This document shows, one piece after another, positions 29,574 through 39,620 of a stretch of DNA of 64,000 nucleotides. Under the pieces are notes generated by a model, which was not told where the DNA came from, did not search any database, and saw only the letters and a program-made list of their open reading frames with translations. The first letter of the stretch is position 1. Every line of letters begins with the position of its first letter. This DNA comes from Eubacteriales bacterium (GTDB lineage Bacteria; Bacillota; Clostridia; Oscillospirales; CAG-272). The position numbers were made by a program, and so were the translations under genes. The stretch spans positions 3,032-67,031 of the forward strand of contig JAZQZG010000033.1 of assembly GCA_045633925.1 (NCBI GenBank), read 5' to 3'.

Positions 29574-31820
29574 TTAGTTTTCGCTGTGGTTTTTGTAGTA
29601 GTTCATAAGACAACCGTCAAGGATGATCTCCTTTTCGTCGTCGGTAAGACCCTTAACGTAGAGAGTGATGTCCTTAACGTCGCCGTTTGCGCAGATTACC
29701 TTAGCGGCAAACTCTTCATCACCGCGGGCAACCTTTTCTCTTATATTCTCAACGAATACGTAATCTCCGCACTCATACGGGAACTCTGCGCCATCAGCAA
29801 GAGTGAAGGGAAGAATACCCCAGTTTATGCAGTTGGAGCGGTAACGCTTGGTAGCAAACTCGTAGCAGATGTTTGCAAATCCGCCAAGAACCTTCTGGCA
29901 GGAGGCAGCCTGCTCACGAGCAGAGCCGTCACCGGGCTTGTTTGCAAATACGCAAGAGCCGAACTGAGTGTTCTTTATGAGAGCGGATGCATCACCAACC
30001 TTGGAAAGAACGGTTGTGAGCTCGGATATATCTCCGCCGTTTCTGCGAGCAGCCTCGGTAGCCGCAACAGCCTTTGAGCGACCTACGTACTCGGGAACTC
30101 TGCGGGAGAGTGCAAATTCTGCAAGGCGCAAGGGGTTGGAGCGGTAGGAAGAGGTCTCACCCGAGGGGATGAGCTCATCCGTTGTGGTAACGGGATCACG
30201 GATAACTGCTGCAAGCTTTACAAGAAGGTTGTCAGAGAGCTCGTACTGTGCGGGCCAGTCGGTTATGTTAGGACCTAAGATAAGCTCTGCATCGTGATCT
30301 GCCTTGCCGTAGCCGTAATATACGCGCTTTTTATAAACACTGCTGTCGAAATGATATTCGTGAGGAGTGTAATCGTAATCTATATCGGTAGCTGCTGTAA
30401 TGATACCGCCGTTGCGAGCAGTTGCCGCAATACTGCGAGCATCCATAAGAGCTACGCCTGCAAGCTGACCCTCGCCGGGTTTTGAACCTTCACGGTTGGG
30501 GAAGTTACGAGTTGTGTGACGGAGAGAGAGTCCGTTATTTGCGGGAACGTCTCCTGCGCCAAAGCAAGGACCGCAGAAGGAGGGCTTGATAACCGCGCCT
30601 GCGCTGAGAAGCTCTGCGCTGACACCGATCTTGGTAAGCTCAAGTGATACGGGAACGCTTGTGGGATATACGGAAAGCGAGAAATATCCGTTTCCGGTGC
30701 TCTGATCACGCAAAATTGCCGCAGCCTCGTCAATGCTGTCAAACATACCGCCTGCACAGCCTGCGATGATACCCTGATCCGCATTTATAGTGCCGTCTGC
30801 ATTTACTTTTGATACAAGGTCGAGATTGCACTTTCCAAACTTCTTGCTTGCCTCAGCCTCAACAGATGCAAGGATCTCTTTTGCATTCTTCTGGAACTCG
30901 TGGATGGTGTATGCGTTTGAGGGGTGGAAGGGAAGCGCGATCATAGATTCCATCTTGGAGAGATCGATCTCAATCATAGCGTCGTAGTAAGCAACTCCGT
31001 TGGGGTAGAGACGCTTGTAGTCCTCGGGACGGCCGTGAGCAATGTAGTGCTTTTCGGTAATCTCGTCGGTCTCCCAAATGGAAGAGAGACAGGTCGTCTC
31101 GGTAGTCATAACGTCGATTCCGTTACGGAAATCGATAGAAAGATTCTTAACACCGGGGCCAACAAACTCAAGAACCTTGTTCTTAACAAAGCCTTCCTTG
31201 AAGGTTGCGCCAACGAGAGCTATAGCTACGTCGTGAGGGCCGATACCCTTCTTGGGTGTACCAGTAAGATAGACGAGAACTACCTCGGGGGTCTTTATAT
31301 CGTATGTATTCTTCAAAAGCTGTTTAACGAGCTCGGGTCCACCCTCACCAACGCCCATGGTACCGAGAGCACCGTAACGGGTATGTGAGTCGGAGCCGAG
31401 AATCATTTTTCCGCACCCTGCAAGCTCTTCACGCGCATAGGAGTGAATAACGCTCTGGTTTGCGGGAACGTAGATTCCGCCGTACTTCTTTGCCGCAGAA
31501 AGACCAAATACGTGGTCATCCTCGTTTATTGTACCGCCAACTGCGCAAAGCGAGTTGTGGCAGTTAGTCATAGCGTAGGGAATGGGGAATTCCTTCATTC
31601 CGCTTGCTCTTGCTGTCTGTATAATTCCAACGTAGGTGATATCGTGTGACACCAAAGCGTCAAACTTGATTCGAAGATCACCCTCGGAGTCGCTCTTGTT
31701 GTGAGCGCTGAGTATCGAATATGCGATAGTGTTTTTGCGTGCCTCTGCCGCACTTACTGTGCTGGAGGCGCTTGGCTTACCGTCAACGAGGTATACGCCG
31801 TTTGAGGTTAATTTTATCAT
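29574..31820 (-). CDS. Aconitate hydratase (about 750-aa clostridial/Aquifex-like type)
   Basis: Motifs GSDSHT and Fe-S ligand contexts ...IIAGCAGG... and ...SFCGPCFGAGD... The adjacent icd completes the oxidative TCA branch to 2-oxoglutarate. Confidence 0.85.
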   Translation of the reverse strand: MIKLTSNGVYLVDGKPSASSTVSAAEARKNTIAYSILSAHNKSDSEGDLRIKFDALVSHDITYVGIIQTARASGMKEFPIPYAMTNCHNSLCAVGGTINEDDHVFGLSAAKKYGGIYVPANQSVIHSYAREELAGCGKMILGSDSHTRYGALGTMGVGEGGPELVKQLLKNTYDIKTPEVVLVYLTGTPKKGIGPHDVAIALVGATFKEGFVKNKVLEFVGPGVKNLSIDFRNGIDVMTTETTCLSSIWETDEITEKHYIAHGRPEDYKRLYPNGVAYYDAMIEIDLSKMESMIALPFHPSNAYTIHEFQKNAKEILASVEAEASKKFGKCNLDLVSKVNADGTINADQGIIAGCAGGMFDSIDEAAAILRDQSTGNGYFSLSVYPTSVPVSLELTKIGVSAELLSAGAVIKPSFCGPCFGAGDVPANNGLSLRHTTRNFPNREGSKPGEGQLAGVALMDARSIAATARNGGIITAATDIDYDYTPHEYHFDSSVYKKRVYYGYGKADHDAELILGPNITDWPAQYELSDNLLVKLAAVIRDPVTTTDELIPSGETSSYRSNPLRLAEFALSRRVPEYVGRSKAVAATEAARRNGGDISELTTVLSKVGDASALIKNTQFGSCVFANKPGDGSAREQAASCQKVLGGFANICYEFATKRYRSNCINWGILPFTLADGAEFPYECGDYVFVENIREKVARGDEEFAAKVICANGDVKDITLYVKGLTDDEKEIILDGCLMNYYKNHSEN

Positions 31821-31857
31821 TTTTTATCTCCTTTTATAAATAAAAGCATACAGATAT

Positions 31858-31886
31858 ATTATATAGTATTTCGACAAAAAAGTCAA
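31858..31886 (-). promoter_or_regulatory. Sigma-A-type promoter for aconitase-icd
   Basis: Minus strand: TTGACT (31881-31886), 17-nt spacer, TATAAT (31858-31863). Confidence 0.55.
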
Positions 31887-31999
31887 GGGATTGAAGGGGG
31901 ATATGTTGAAATATTTGAATATTGAATTTTTATTGCTCTAATTGGTAAATATAAACAAAAAATGTGATATTTTTTGATGAATTTGTTTTATTTTTTTAC

Positions 32000-32028
32000 T
32001 TGAAATCTTCTTAAATGTTTGTTATAAT
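32000..32028 (+). promoter_or_regulatory. Sigma-A-type promoter for the EIIC-like gene
   Basis: TTGAAA (32000-32005), 17-nt spacer, TATAAT (32023-32028). Confidence 0.55.
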
Positions 32029-32072
32029 TGTAACAATAAAAATCACACTTTATTATAGTAAAGGAGAACGGA

Positions 32073-33227
32073 ATGAAAGTTAAGGAAACTTTAAGAAAAT
32101 ATCTGAAGAGATATTTTGTTGATGCTATGGGTTCGATGGCTCTCGGACTTTTCGCATCTCTACTTATCGGAACGATAATCGGAACACTTGCGGGTTACGT
32201 TGGCAAGGTAGATAGCCTTGATTGGCTCGCAACGTCTATGAATGCGATTGCCGGAGCGGCAAAGACGGTAACGGGTACGGCAATAGGCGTAGCTATTGCA
32301 TATAAGCTCGGCGCTCATCCGCTCGTTATCTTCTCGTCGGCAGCGGTAGGTCATCTCTCATACGGAATGGGAGCAATATTCAATGATCAGAGCGGAGCTA
32401 TTATTAAGTGGGGCGCTAGCGCCACAACGAATAATACAAGCGAGATCTTTTATAGCGCAGGCCCTATGGGAGCGTTCTTTGCGGTAATTATTGCGGCAGA
32501 GATAGGTATGCTCGTATCGAAGAAAACAAAGGTTGATATACTTGTTACACCTTTGGTAACCTTGATAGTAGGATTTGTAGCATCGTTTGTTTTCTGTCCC
32601 GCTATCGCCTACATAATGTACTATCTCGGAACATTTATAACTATTGCAACAGCTTGGGCACCGTTGATCATGGGTATAATTCTTTCGGTTGTAATGGGCG
32701 TAATTCTTACGCTTCCCATATCCAGTGCGGCTATCTGCGGAGTAATATTCTCGCCCGATATGCAAGTACATATGGCAAACAAGGGCTTGGAGGAGGCGTT
32801 CCTTCTTGCAGGAGGCGCTTGTGTTGCCGGATGCTGTGCGCAGATGGTAGGATTTGCGGTAGTTAGTTTTAGAGAAAATAAGTGGGGCGGCGTTGTTTCG
32901 CAAGGACTCGGTACCTCAATGCTTCAGATGGGTAACATTGTAAAGAAGCCGGTTATATGGCTGGCTCCGACTCTCGCGGCGGCGGTTGTAGGTCCCGTCT
33001 CTACGTTGATCTTTAAGCTTAAATGCTTGGGTGTATCTGCAGGTATGGGTACCTGCGGAATGGTAGGCCCGATAGGAGTTATCACCTCTACGGAATGGAC
33101 GCCTATGATGTGGACAGGACTTTTGCTCGTTTGCATAGTTCTTCCCGCAATTCTTTCGTTTGCATTTAATGAGATATTCAGAAAGCTCGGTTGGATAAAG
33201 ACCGGAGATATGCAGCTTGATCTCTAA
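32073..33227 (+). CDS. Polytopic membrane protein resembling the PTS_EIIC_2 family (orphan EIIC-like permease)
   Basis: About 10 TM helices. The N-terminus ...YFVDAMGSMALGLFASLLIGTI... is as I recall for PTS_EIIC_2 proteins. No EIIA or EIIB gene lies nearby. Confidence 0.5.
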   Translation: MKVKETLRKYLKRYFVDAMGSMALGLFASLLIGTIIGTLAGYVGKVDSLDWLATSMNAIAGAAKTVTGTAIGVAIAYKLGAHPLVIFSSAAVGHLSYGMGAIFNDQSGAIIKWGASATTNNTSEIFYSAGPMGAFFAVIIAAEIGMLVSKKTKVDILVTPLVTLIVGFVASFVFCPAIAYIMYYLGTFITIATAWAPLIMGIILSVVMGVILTLPISSAAICGVIFSPDMQVHMANKGLEEAFLLAGGACVAGCCAQMVGFAVVSFRENKWGGVVSQGLGTSMLQMGNIVKKPVIWLAPTLAAAVVGPVSTLIFKLKCLGVSAGMGTCGMVGPIGVITSTEWTPMMWTGLLLVCIVLPAILSFAFNEIFRKLGWIKTGDMQLDL

Positions 33228-33235
33228 TTTATATA

Positions 33236-33266
33236 AAAATGCGAGGTGTTTGACCTCGCATTTTTA
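33236..33266 (+). terminator. Intrinsic terminator
   Basis: Stem gcgaggt / acctcgc, followed by attttt. Confidence 0.75.
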
Positions 33267-33268
33267 TA

Positions 33269-33297
33269 TTGACTTTTTTTGCGCATTAGTGTATAAT
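33269..33297 (+). promoter_or_regulatory. Sigma-A-type promoter for the ABC-2 operon
   Basis: TTGACT (33269-33274), 17-nt spacer, TATAAT (33292-33297). Confidence 0.55.
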
Positions 33298-33345
33298 ATT
33301 TGAGTAACAATATATTTTTTAATAAAGAAAGGAGAATGTACACGA

Positions 33346-34236
33346 ATGGTTTTAGAGTTAAAAGATATTAACAAATCCTTTGGCGAAAATCACGTGTTAA
33401 AGGATGTTTCCTTCAGCGCGCAAAGTGGAAAGGCGTTTGGCCTTTTGGGTAGAAACGGAGCGGGAAAGACTACTACTATACGTATACTTATGAACGTGTT
33501 CAGCGCTGATAGCGGAAGCATTTTTATAGATGGAGAGCCGATAGACAGACGTAAAATCGGGATAGGTTATCTTCCTGAGGAGCGCGGTCTTTATCCCAAA
33601 AAGGTTATAATAGATCAGCTTGCGTATTTTGCAGAGCTCAAGGGAATGAAGCGTAAGGCAGCGATTGAGTCAATTGATAATTGGCTTGTTCGCCTTGATA
33701 TGATGGAATACAGAAACAAGAAGCTCAATACACTCTCAAAGGGAAATCAGCAGAAGATACAGCTTATAACAGCACTTGCTCATAATCCCGATATAATAAT
33801 ACTTGACGAGCCGTTTTCGGGACTTGATCCGGTAAATGCGATGATGCTTAAGGATATTGTAAGAGAAGAGATAGCAAAGGGAAAGGTAGTGCTTTTTTCA
33901 AGTCATCAGATGAGTCAAATCGAGGAATTTTGCGACAGCATTGCAATAATAAATGCGGGAAAAGTTGTTCTTTCGGGCGATCTCTTTGATATAAAGAGAA
34001 ATTATATCCGCGATAAGCTTGTGGTAAATACGCTTTATCCCGAGTCTATTAAGAAGGCGTTCGGCGATGCTTGCACAGAGATAGCTCGCGGAGAGCTTAT
34101 AATAAAGCTTGCGTCTCCCGATGAAAAGGATAGCGTTATGCAGCGCATAGTGGAGAATTATGATATCGACGGAATAAAGGTGTTTGAGCCGTCACTTAAC
34201 GATATTTTCGTAGAATATACGGAAGAGAGGGTGTGA
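33346..34236 (+). CDS. ABC transporter ATP-binding protein (ABC-2/NatA-like)
   Basis: Walker A GRNGAGKTT, signature LSKGNQQK, Walker B IIILDEPFSGLD; 296 aa. Confidence 0.85.
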   Translation: MVLELKDINKSFGENHVLKDVSFSAQSGKAFGLLGRNGAGKTTTIRILMNVFSADSGSIFIDGEPIDRRKIGIGYLPEERGLYPKKVIIDQLAYFAELKGMKRKAAIESIDNWLVRLDMMEYRNKKLNTLSKGNQQKIQLITALAHNPDIIILDEPFSGLDPVNAMMLKDIVREEIAKGKVVLFSSHQMSQIEEFCDSIAIINAGKVVLSGDLFDIKRNYIRDKLVVNTLYPESIKKAFGDACTEIARGELIIKLASPDEKDSVMQRIVENYDIDGIKVFEPSLNDIFVEYTEERV

Positions 34237-35516
34237 TCGGTATGAAACAGTTTGGTAAAATTCTTAAATTCGAATTTTTTGGATACCTCAAAAATAAAGC
34301 GTTCGTAGGTATTACCATCTTTTTGGTAGTTGCTATAGTGATTGCAATGTTTATTCCCAATATGATTGCTGCGGTTGGTAGCGACGAAACCAAAGAGGAT
34401 CGTCCGATAATGCTTTTGAACTGTGAGAATGAAGAGTTCCTTGGGGAAATGGTAATATACTTCGCTAAGTTGTTTCCCGACTACGAGGTAAAGGCGGCAG
34501 AGGGCTCGATAGATGATATTAAGACGGCAATAACCGATGAGAAGGTCGAGTGTGCATTCGTCTTAAGCGAGGATATGAAATCCTATACGTATTACGTAAA
34601 TACACTTGTTATCTCTGATTCTAATCAGCAGATAGCAGAGAGCGCGTTCGTTGATTCCTACAAGGCTTATGCTATGTCGAAGGGTGGACTTTCCGCTGAG
34701 CAGATATCAAGCATAATGAATATTTCGTTTGTTGGCGCGACCGAGTGTCTTGGCGCAAATCAGGTGGAGAATTTTATCTATACCTACGTTATGATCTTTG
34801 CGCTTTATTTTGTAATAATGCTTTACGGACAGCTCGTTGCTACCAACGTTGCAAGTGAGAAGAGTTCAAGAGCTATGGAGGTGCTTGTTACCAGCGTAAA
34901 TCCTACGAGTATGATGTTCGGTAAAGTCTTTGCATCATGCCTTGCCGGATTTTCACAGCTCACACTTGTTTTTGGAACGGCAATAGTTTGTTACAATATA
35001 AATAGTGACGTTTATTCGAATCCGATAATATCGTCAATATTCAATATGCCCTTATCACTGCTTGGATTTATGTTGATATTCTTCGTTTTGGGCTTCCTTA
35101 TATATGCATTTTTGTATGCCGCAATAGCGTCGACTGCATCAAAGCTCGAGGATATAAATACTTCTACTATGCCGGTTATGTTTGTGTTTATTATAGCCTT
35201 TATAGGCGTTATGAACGCTATGACGTCCGGTACTATAGACAGCACGATGATGAAGATATGTTCGTATATTCCGTTTACAGCGCCGATGGCTATGTTTACG
35301 AGAATTGCATTAAGCTCGGTTGCTTGGTATGAGATAGTTGCGTCGATAGTTGTGTTGATTGCGTCTGTTATAGGAATAGGCTTTATATCTGCAAGGATAT
35401 ATCGCGTTGGCGTTTTGCTCTACGGAATGCCACCTAAATTTACCAATATTATCAAAATGGTGTTTACCAATAATAGTGCAAAAAAGGGCGAAAAATCAGA
35501 AAAAAAGGATAAATAA
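34233..35516 (+). CDS. ABC-2 family permease (NatB-like)
   Basis: An N-terminal TM helix, a large extracytoplasmic loop, then 5 C-terminal TM helices. Overlaps the ATPase gene; the start could be ATG 34242. Confidence 0.75.
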   Translation: MIGMKQFGKILKFEFFGYLKNKAFVGITIFLVVAIVIAMFIPNMIAAVGSDETKEDRPIMLLNCENEEFLGEMVIYFAKLFPDYEVKAAEGSIDDIKTAITDEKVECAFVLSEDMKSYTYYVNTLVISDSNQQIAESAFVDSYKAYAMSKGGLSAEQISSIMNISFVGATECLGANQVENFIYTYVMIFALYFVIMLYGQLVATNVASEKSSRAMEVLVTSVNPTSMMFGKVFASCLAGFSQLTLVFGTAIVCYNINSDVYSNPIISSIFNMPLSLLGFMLIFFVLGFLIYAFLYAAIASTASKLEDINTSTMPVMFVFIIAFIGVMNAMTSGTIDSTMMKICSYIPFTAPMAMFTRIALSSVAWYEIVASIVVLIASVIGIGFISARIYRVGVLLYGMPPKFTNIIKMVFTNNSAKKGEKSEKKDK

Positions 35517-35696
35517 TTGCTGATTGTGCACTTTTTACAAAAACAAGTAAGTTGTTTTGTGCACTTTTACAGTCTGTTTATAATTTGTTAATTATTTGGA
35601 CACAATTGCGTTGTAGAATGTAGCCATAGAGAGAAAGATCCAATTAATACAAAATTTTACAAAGCTAAGAAAAGAAGAAAGGAATGGTAATTAACA

Positions 35697-35969
35697 ATGA
35701 GTGTAAACGGAAAATTCGTATATAGCGTAGAGCTTGATACTATGCAGGATGCAAAGGATATGGTTGCCATTGCTACAAAGCTTAAGGGCAAAATCCTTTT
35801 AAAGAGTGGAACAAAGTTCACAATAAACGCAAAGAGCTTGCTTGGAGTAATCTATGCAAAGAAGCTTAACTGGTGCGACATAAAGCTCATCTGTGATTTC
35901 GACTATTATCACGAGTTCGAGAAATTCATAGTAACCGAGGATCCGGTTGTAATCGAGGAAGAGCAGTAA
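35697..35969 (+). CDS. Small HPr-fold-like protein lacking the His15 phosphorylation site (Crh-like), function unknown
   Basis: By eye it aligns with HPr/Crh. ...TFTINAKSLLGVIY... matches the Ser46 region (V)NAKSIMG(L)M, and ...DTMQDAKD... sits where HPr has G(I/L)HARPA. 90 aa with an acidic tail. Confidence 0.35.
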   Translation: MSVNGKFVYSVELDTMQDAKDMVAIATKLKGKILLKSGTKFTINAKSLLGVIYAKKLNWCDIKLICDFDYYHEFEKFIVTEDPVVIEEEQ

Positions 35970-36011
35970 TTTTAAAGGCTCAGGATCTCAGCTAAGCTCT
36001 CTAACACTAAA

Positions 36012-36053
36012 TAAAAAATATAAGGCTTTCGCTAAATGCGAAAGCCTTTTTGT
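36012..36053. terminator. Bidirectional intrinsic terminator
   Basis: Stem aaggctttcgc / gcgaaagcctt with flanking A- and T-runs. Confidence 0.8.
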
Positions 36054-36063
36054 TTGGATTTCA

Positions 36064-36798
36064 TCATTTCGTTAAAGCGGAAAAGAGAAATATGGGAATA
36101 TCCAAAAATATCTTAGCTCGCTTGGGTTCTTTTACAATTCGGTAGAGCCATTCAAGCCCTGCTTTTTGCATAATCTCAGGGGCGCGCTTTACGTTGCCTG
36201 CAAAGACGTCAAGGCTACCGCCAAGTCCGATATAAAGTGATACCGAAGGGAGCTTGTCTTTGTTAGTTTTTATCCATTCTTCCTGCTGGGGAGAGCCGAA
36301 ACAGACGAAAATTATATCGGGGTCAGAGATAGCTATTTCCCTTATAACGGCTTCGTTTTCCTTGCCCGATTTTGAGAAATATCCGTGATGTGTTCCGCAA
36401 ATCTTAAGGGCAGGGTATTTCTTTAGCAGAGCGCGCTCGGCTTTTTCTGCAACGTGAGGCTTTGCCCCGAGCAAAAAGACCTTGTAGCCTTTGCTTTCCG
36501 CAATAGAAAGGAGCATCTTTGCAGTATCTATTCCGCTAATGCGTGATTTTATACCGCCACCTTGTATTTTTGATGCTAAAATTATGCCTATTCCGTCGGG
36601 AAGATTCAGAGTCGATGAGTTGAGAGTTTTTTTGTAGGAAGCGTATCTCTGCGCCCTCAAAAGTATTTGCGGATTTGGTGTAAAAATGACGGTTTGCTTT
36701 CCGTCTTTTAGCCTTTTGCAGATGAGCTTTGCAACTTCCTTTTGTGGAGATGCGCATATATTTACAGCAAGTATTTTTTCGGTTTTTAATTTTTTCAT
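36064..36798 (-). CDS. WecB/TagA/CpsF-family glycosyltransferase (TagA-like ManNAc transferase)
   Basis: Motifs ...TPNPQIL......LPDGIGI..AS......RI.G.D......KVFLLGAKP.V.E.A...L....P.L.I.G.HHGYF......GSPQQE.WI....GLGGS.DV.AG...RAP......GLEWLYR...EP.R. Confidence 0.85.
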   Translation of the reverse strand: MKKLKTEKILAVNICASPQKEVAKLICKRLKDGKQTVIFTPNPQILLRAQRYASYKKTLNSSTLNLPDGIGIILASKIQGGGIKSRISGIDTAKMLLSIAESKGYKVFLLGAKPHVAEKAERALLKKYPALKICGTHHGYFSKSGKENEAVIREIAISDPDIIFVCFGSPQQEEWIKTNKDKLPSVSLYIGLGGSLDVFAGNVKRAPEIMQKAGLEWLYRIVKEPKRAKIFLDIPIFLFSALTK

Positions 36799-36859
36799 TT
36801 TTTTGCGACCTTTCTTGTTATAAAATGCCGATTTAGATAAAATATTGAAGTGTTTTATC

Positions 36860-36888
36860 TTGACTTTTTTTCTGCTTTGTTTTATAAT
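36860..36888 (+). promoter_or_regulatory. Sigma-A-type promoter for proS
   Basis: TTGACT (36860-36865), 17-nt spacer, TATAAT (36883-36888). Confidence 0.55.
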
Positions 36889-36951
36889 ATATGTATATGT
36901 GTTTAACGTAACGTTTTACTTGCTTTGTGAGCAAGAAGAAAGGTGAAAAAA

Positions 36952-38391
36952 ATGGCAAATGAAAAGAAAATGGTTGAGCAGATAACGTCGATGGAAACCG
37001 ACTTTGCTCAATGGTATACCGACGTTGTAAAGAAGGCTGAGCTCGTTGATTACTCGGGCGTTAAGGGCTGTATGATAATCCGCCCCTACGGCTATGCTAT
37101 CTGGGAGAATATTCAGCACGATCTTGATGCGAGATTTAAGAGACTCGGTCACGAGAACGTATATATGCCTATGTTTATTCCCGAGAGCCTTTTGCAGAGA
37201 GAAAAGGATCACGTAGAGGGCTTTGCTCCCGAGTGTGCGTGGGTAACCTTTGGCGGTCAGAACAGACTCACCGAGCGCTTGGCTGTTCGTCCTACCTCCG
37301 AGACTCTTTTCTGTGAGCATTATAAAAATATAATTCATTCCTACCGCGATCTTCCTAAGCTCTATAATCAGTGGTGTAACGTGGTAAGATGGGAAAAGAC
37401 AACTCGTCCTTTCCTCCGTACATCCGAGTTCTTGTGGCAGGAGGGACACACTATGCACGAGAACGAGCAGGATGCGCGTGAGGAGACCTTGCGTATGCTC
37501 AAGTGCTACGAGGATTTCTACCGCGAGACTCTCGCTATTCCCGCTGTTACGGGTAGAAAGACCGAGAAGGAGAAATTTGCGGGCGCACTTGAGACCTATA
37601 CTATTGAGCCTATGATGCACAACGGTGTTGCGCTTCAGGGTGGAACCTCGCACTATTTCGGCGATGGCTTTGCAAAAGCGTTTGATATAACCTATACCGA
37701 TAGAGATAATAAGATATGCTATCCTCATCAGACCTCGTGGGGCGTTTCCACGAGAATGATAGGCGCTATCATTATGACTCACGGTGATGATAACGGACTT
37801 ATTTTGCCGCCTAAGGTAGCTCCTATTCAGGTAGCTATCATTCCCGTTGCTCAGCACAAGGAAGGCGTTCTTGAGAAGGCAGGTGAGCTTCGCGATATAC
37901 TTTCTCAGAGCTTCAGAGTTAAGCTTGACGATAGTGATAACTCTACCGGTTGGAAGTACAGCCAGTATGAGATGAAGGGTGTTCCGCTCCGTCTTGAGAT
38001 CGGACCTCGTGATATTGAGAATAACTGCTGTGTTCTCGTTAGCCGTGTAAGCCGTGAGAAGACCGTTGTTTCTCTTGACAATATTGCGCAGGAGATTGAG
38101 AAGGCGTTGGCTGCTGTTCATAACGAGCTTTACGAGAGAGCTCTCAAGAACCTCGCAGAGAAGACGAGCATTGCTACAACCAAGGAGGAGTTCCTTGATA
38201 TAGCAGAGAATCATCCCGGCTTTATTAAGGCTATGTGGTGTGGAGATTCTGCTTGTGAGGATGCTTTGAAGGAGGAGACAGGCGGAGTTAAGTCCCGTTG
38301 CATTCCTTTCGTCGAGGAAAATCTTGGCGCTACCTGCGTATGCTGTGGAAAGCCTGCTAAGAATATGGTAGTCTGGGGCAGACAGTATTAA
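36952..38391 (+). CDS. proS: Proline--tRNA ligase (short archaeal/eukaryote-like type, about 480 aa)
   Basis: Motifs ...[33 protein letters not shown]..., class II motifs, C-terminal ...CV.CGK.A...V.W.R.Y. Start at ATG 36952 after AAAGGTG. Confidence 0.9.
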   Translation: MANEKKMVEQITSMETDFAQWYTDVVKKAELVDYSGVKGCMIIRPYGYAIWENIQHDLDARFKRLGHENVYMPMFIPESLLQREKDHVEGFAPECAWVTFGGQNRLTERLAVRPTSETLFCEHYKNIIHSYRDLPKLYNQWCNVVRWEKTTRPFLRTSEFLWQEGHTMHENEQDAREETLRMLKCYEDFYRETLAIPAVTGRKTEKEKFAGALETYTIEPMMHNGVALQGGTSHYFGDGFAKAFDITYTDRDNKICYPHQTSWGVSTRMIGAIIMTHGDDNGLILPPKVAPIQVAIIPVAQHKEGVLEKAGELRDILSQSFRVKLDDSDNSTGWKYSQYEMKGVPLRLEIGPRDIENNCCVLVSRVSREKTVVSLDNIAQEIEKALAAVHNELYERALKNLAEKTSIATTKEEFLDIAENHPGFIKAMWCGDSACEDALKEETGGVKSRCIPFVEENLGATCVCCGKPAKNMVVWGRQY

Positions 38392-38483
38392 TTGAATTTA
38401 TATGGGGTTGAGTCATTCACGCTCTGAGGCAAAAAGTGACTCAGCCCTATTTGAATATTTTTGGGGAAGGGGGACAGTAAAAA

Positions 38484-39617
38484 ATGAAAAGCTTTGGCCG
38501 TACGTTTTGGGATAAGATAAGACAGGTCGATCCGATACTTTTTTTCTGTACCCTTATTTTGTCCGCAATAAGCCTTATCACGATATTCGGAGCAGTTGAT
38601 AACTTTGGTAAAAGTAAGCTTATAATGCAAGCCGCAATGGTTGCGGTCGGTATGGTAGCCGTGTTCTTCATAGCGAATTTTGATTATCGTTTCTTTGTTG
38701 ACCGTTTTGCAATATTTTTGTTTTTGGGATCGGTTCTTATTCTTGCGGTAACGCTTTTGTTCGGTAGTACAGGTGAGAACATGGAGACCGCAAACCGAAG
38801 CTGGTTGAAGATTCCCGGAATAGGAATAGCGATACAGCCCTCTGAGTTCGTAAAGCTTGCGTTTTTGTGTACCTTTGCAAAGCATCTTGATACCGTAAAG
38901 GGCAGGATAAATAAGCCTAAAACGCTTTTGTTCGTGCTTCTTCACGCAGGGCTTATCGCAGGGCTCATTCTCCTTTCGGGAGACCTTGGCGTTTGTCTTA
39001 TTTACTTTGGAATAATTGCCGTTATGCTATATTGCGCAGGACTTTCGATATGGTATTTTATAGGACTTATCGCAATTCTGCTCATAGCATTCCCGTTTTT
39101 ATGGGATTTCTTGCGAGTGGATCAGCAAAATCGAATAATTTTCGGATTTAACCCCGAGCTTGACGTCGAAAACGTCGGAATGCAGGCGATAATGAGTCGT
39201 GATACTATTGCAGCAGGCGGATTTTTTGGACAAGGTCTTTTTGGTGGAAGCCTTTATGAGGATCTGCCTGCATCGCATACAGACTTTATCTTTTCAACAA
39301 TTTGTGAAAAGTTTGGATTTGTAGGCGGATTTGTAGTGGTGCTCACCCTGCTCGTGATGGCGTTCAGGCTTATATGGATATCGCTCAAATGCAGAGATGG
39401 CGTAGGTAAGCTAATCTGCGGAGGAATTGCCGCGATAATAATTCTGCAAACGGCAGAGAATCTTTGGATGTGTGTGGCAACAGTTCCCGTAATCGGAATA
39501 ACGCTTCCGTTTGTAAGCTATGGTGGGTCGTCAATGCTTGCGCTGTATCTGTTGATAGGACTTGCGCACAGCGTGGCAGCGCACGAGAAAAAGTTTTTCT
39601 TTAAGAGAAAAAATTAA
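38484..39617 (+). CDS. FtsW/RodA/SpoVE (SEDS) family peptidoglycan glycosyltransferase
   Basis: 10-TM profile. Motifs ...IQPSEF.K......, ...HTDFIFS...E..G..G...., ...PFVSYGGSS...; 377 aa. Confidence 0.85.
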   Translation: MKSFGRTFWDKIRQVDPILFFCTLILSAISLITIFGAVDNFGKSKLIMQAAMVAVGMVAVFFIANFDYRFFVDRFAIFLFLGSVLILAVTLLFGSTGENMETANRSWLKIPGIGIAIQPSEFVKLAFLCTFAKHLDTVKGRINKPKTLLFVLLHAGLIAGLILLSGDLGVCLIYFGIIAVMLYCAGLSIWYFIGLIAILLIAFPFLWDFLRVDQQNRIIFGFNPELDVENVGMQAIMSRDTIAAGGFFGQGLFGGSLYEDLPASHTDFIFSTICEKFGFVGGFVVVLTLLVMAFRLIWISLKCRDGVGKLICGGIAAIIILQTAENLWMCVATVPVIGITLPFVSYGGSSMLALYLLIGLAHSVAAHEKKFFFKRKN

Positions 39618-39620
39618 AAT

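Noticed and set aside
28310-29608. 432-aa ORF on the plus strand covering all of icd
   Set aside because: It is a codon-aligned antisense shadow of icd. It has no RBS, its composition is low-complexity (V/L/S/G/C/N-rich) and it shows no motif. icd on the minus strand has unmistakable IDH motifs.
36799-36951. Possible T-box leader upstream of proS
   Set aside because: Only about 60 nt separate the predicted -10 from the ATG. There is no specifier loop, no T-box sequence (AANNNGGUGGNACCGCG-like) and no terminator/antiterminator pair; only a small hairpin cttgct-ttgtg-agcaag is present.
36916-38214. 432-aa minus-strand ORF opposite proS
   Set aside because: It is a codon-aligned antisense shadow. 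Its start would lie inside the proS promoter and RBS region, and no domain is recognisable.
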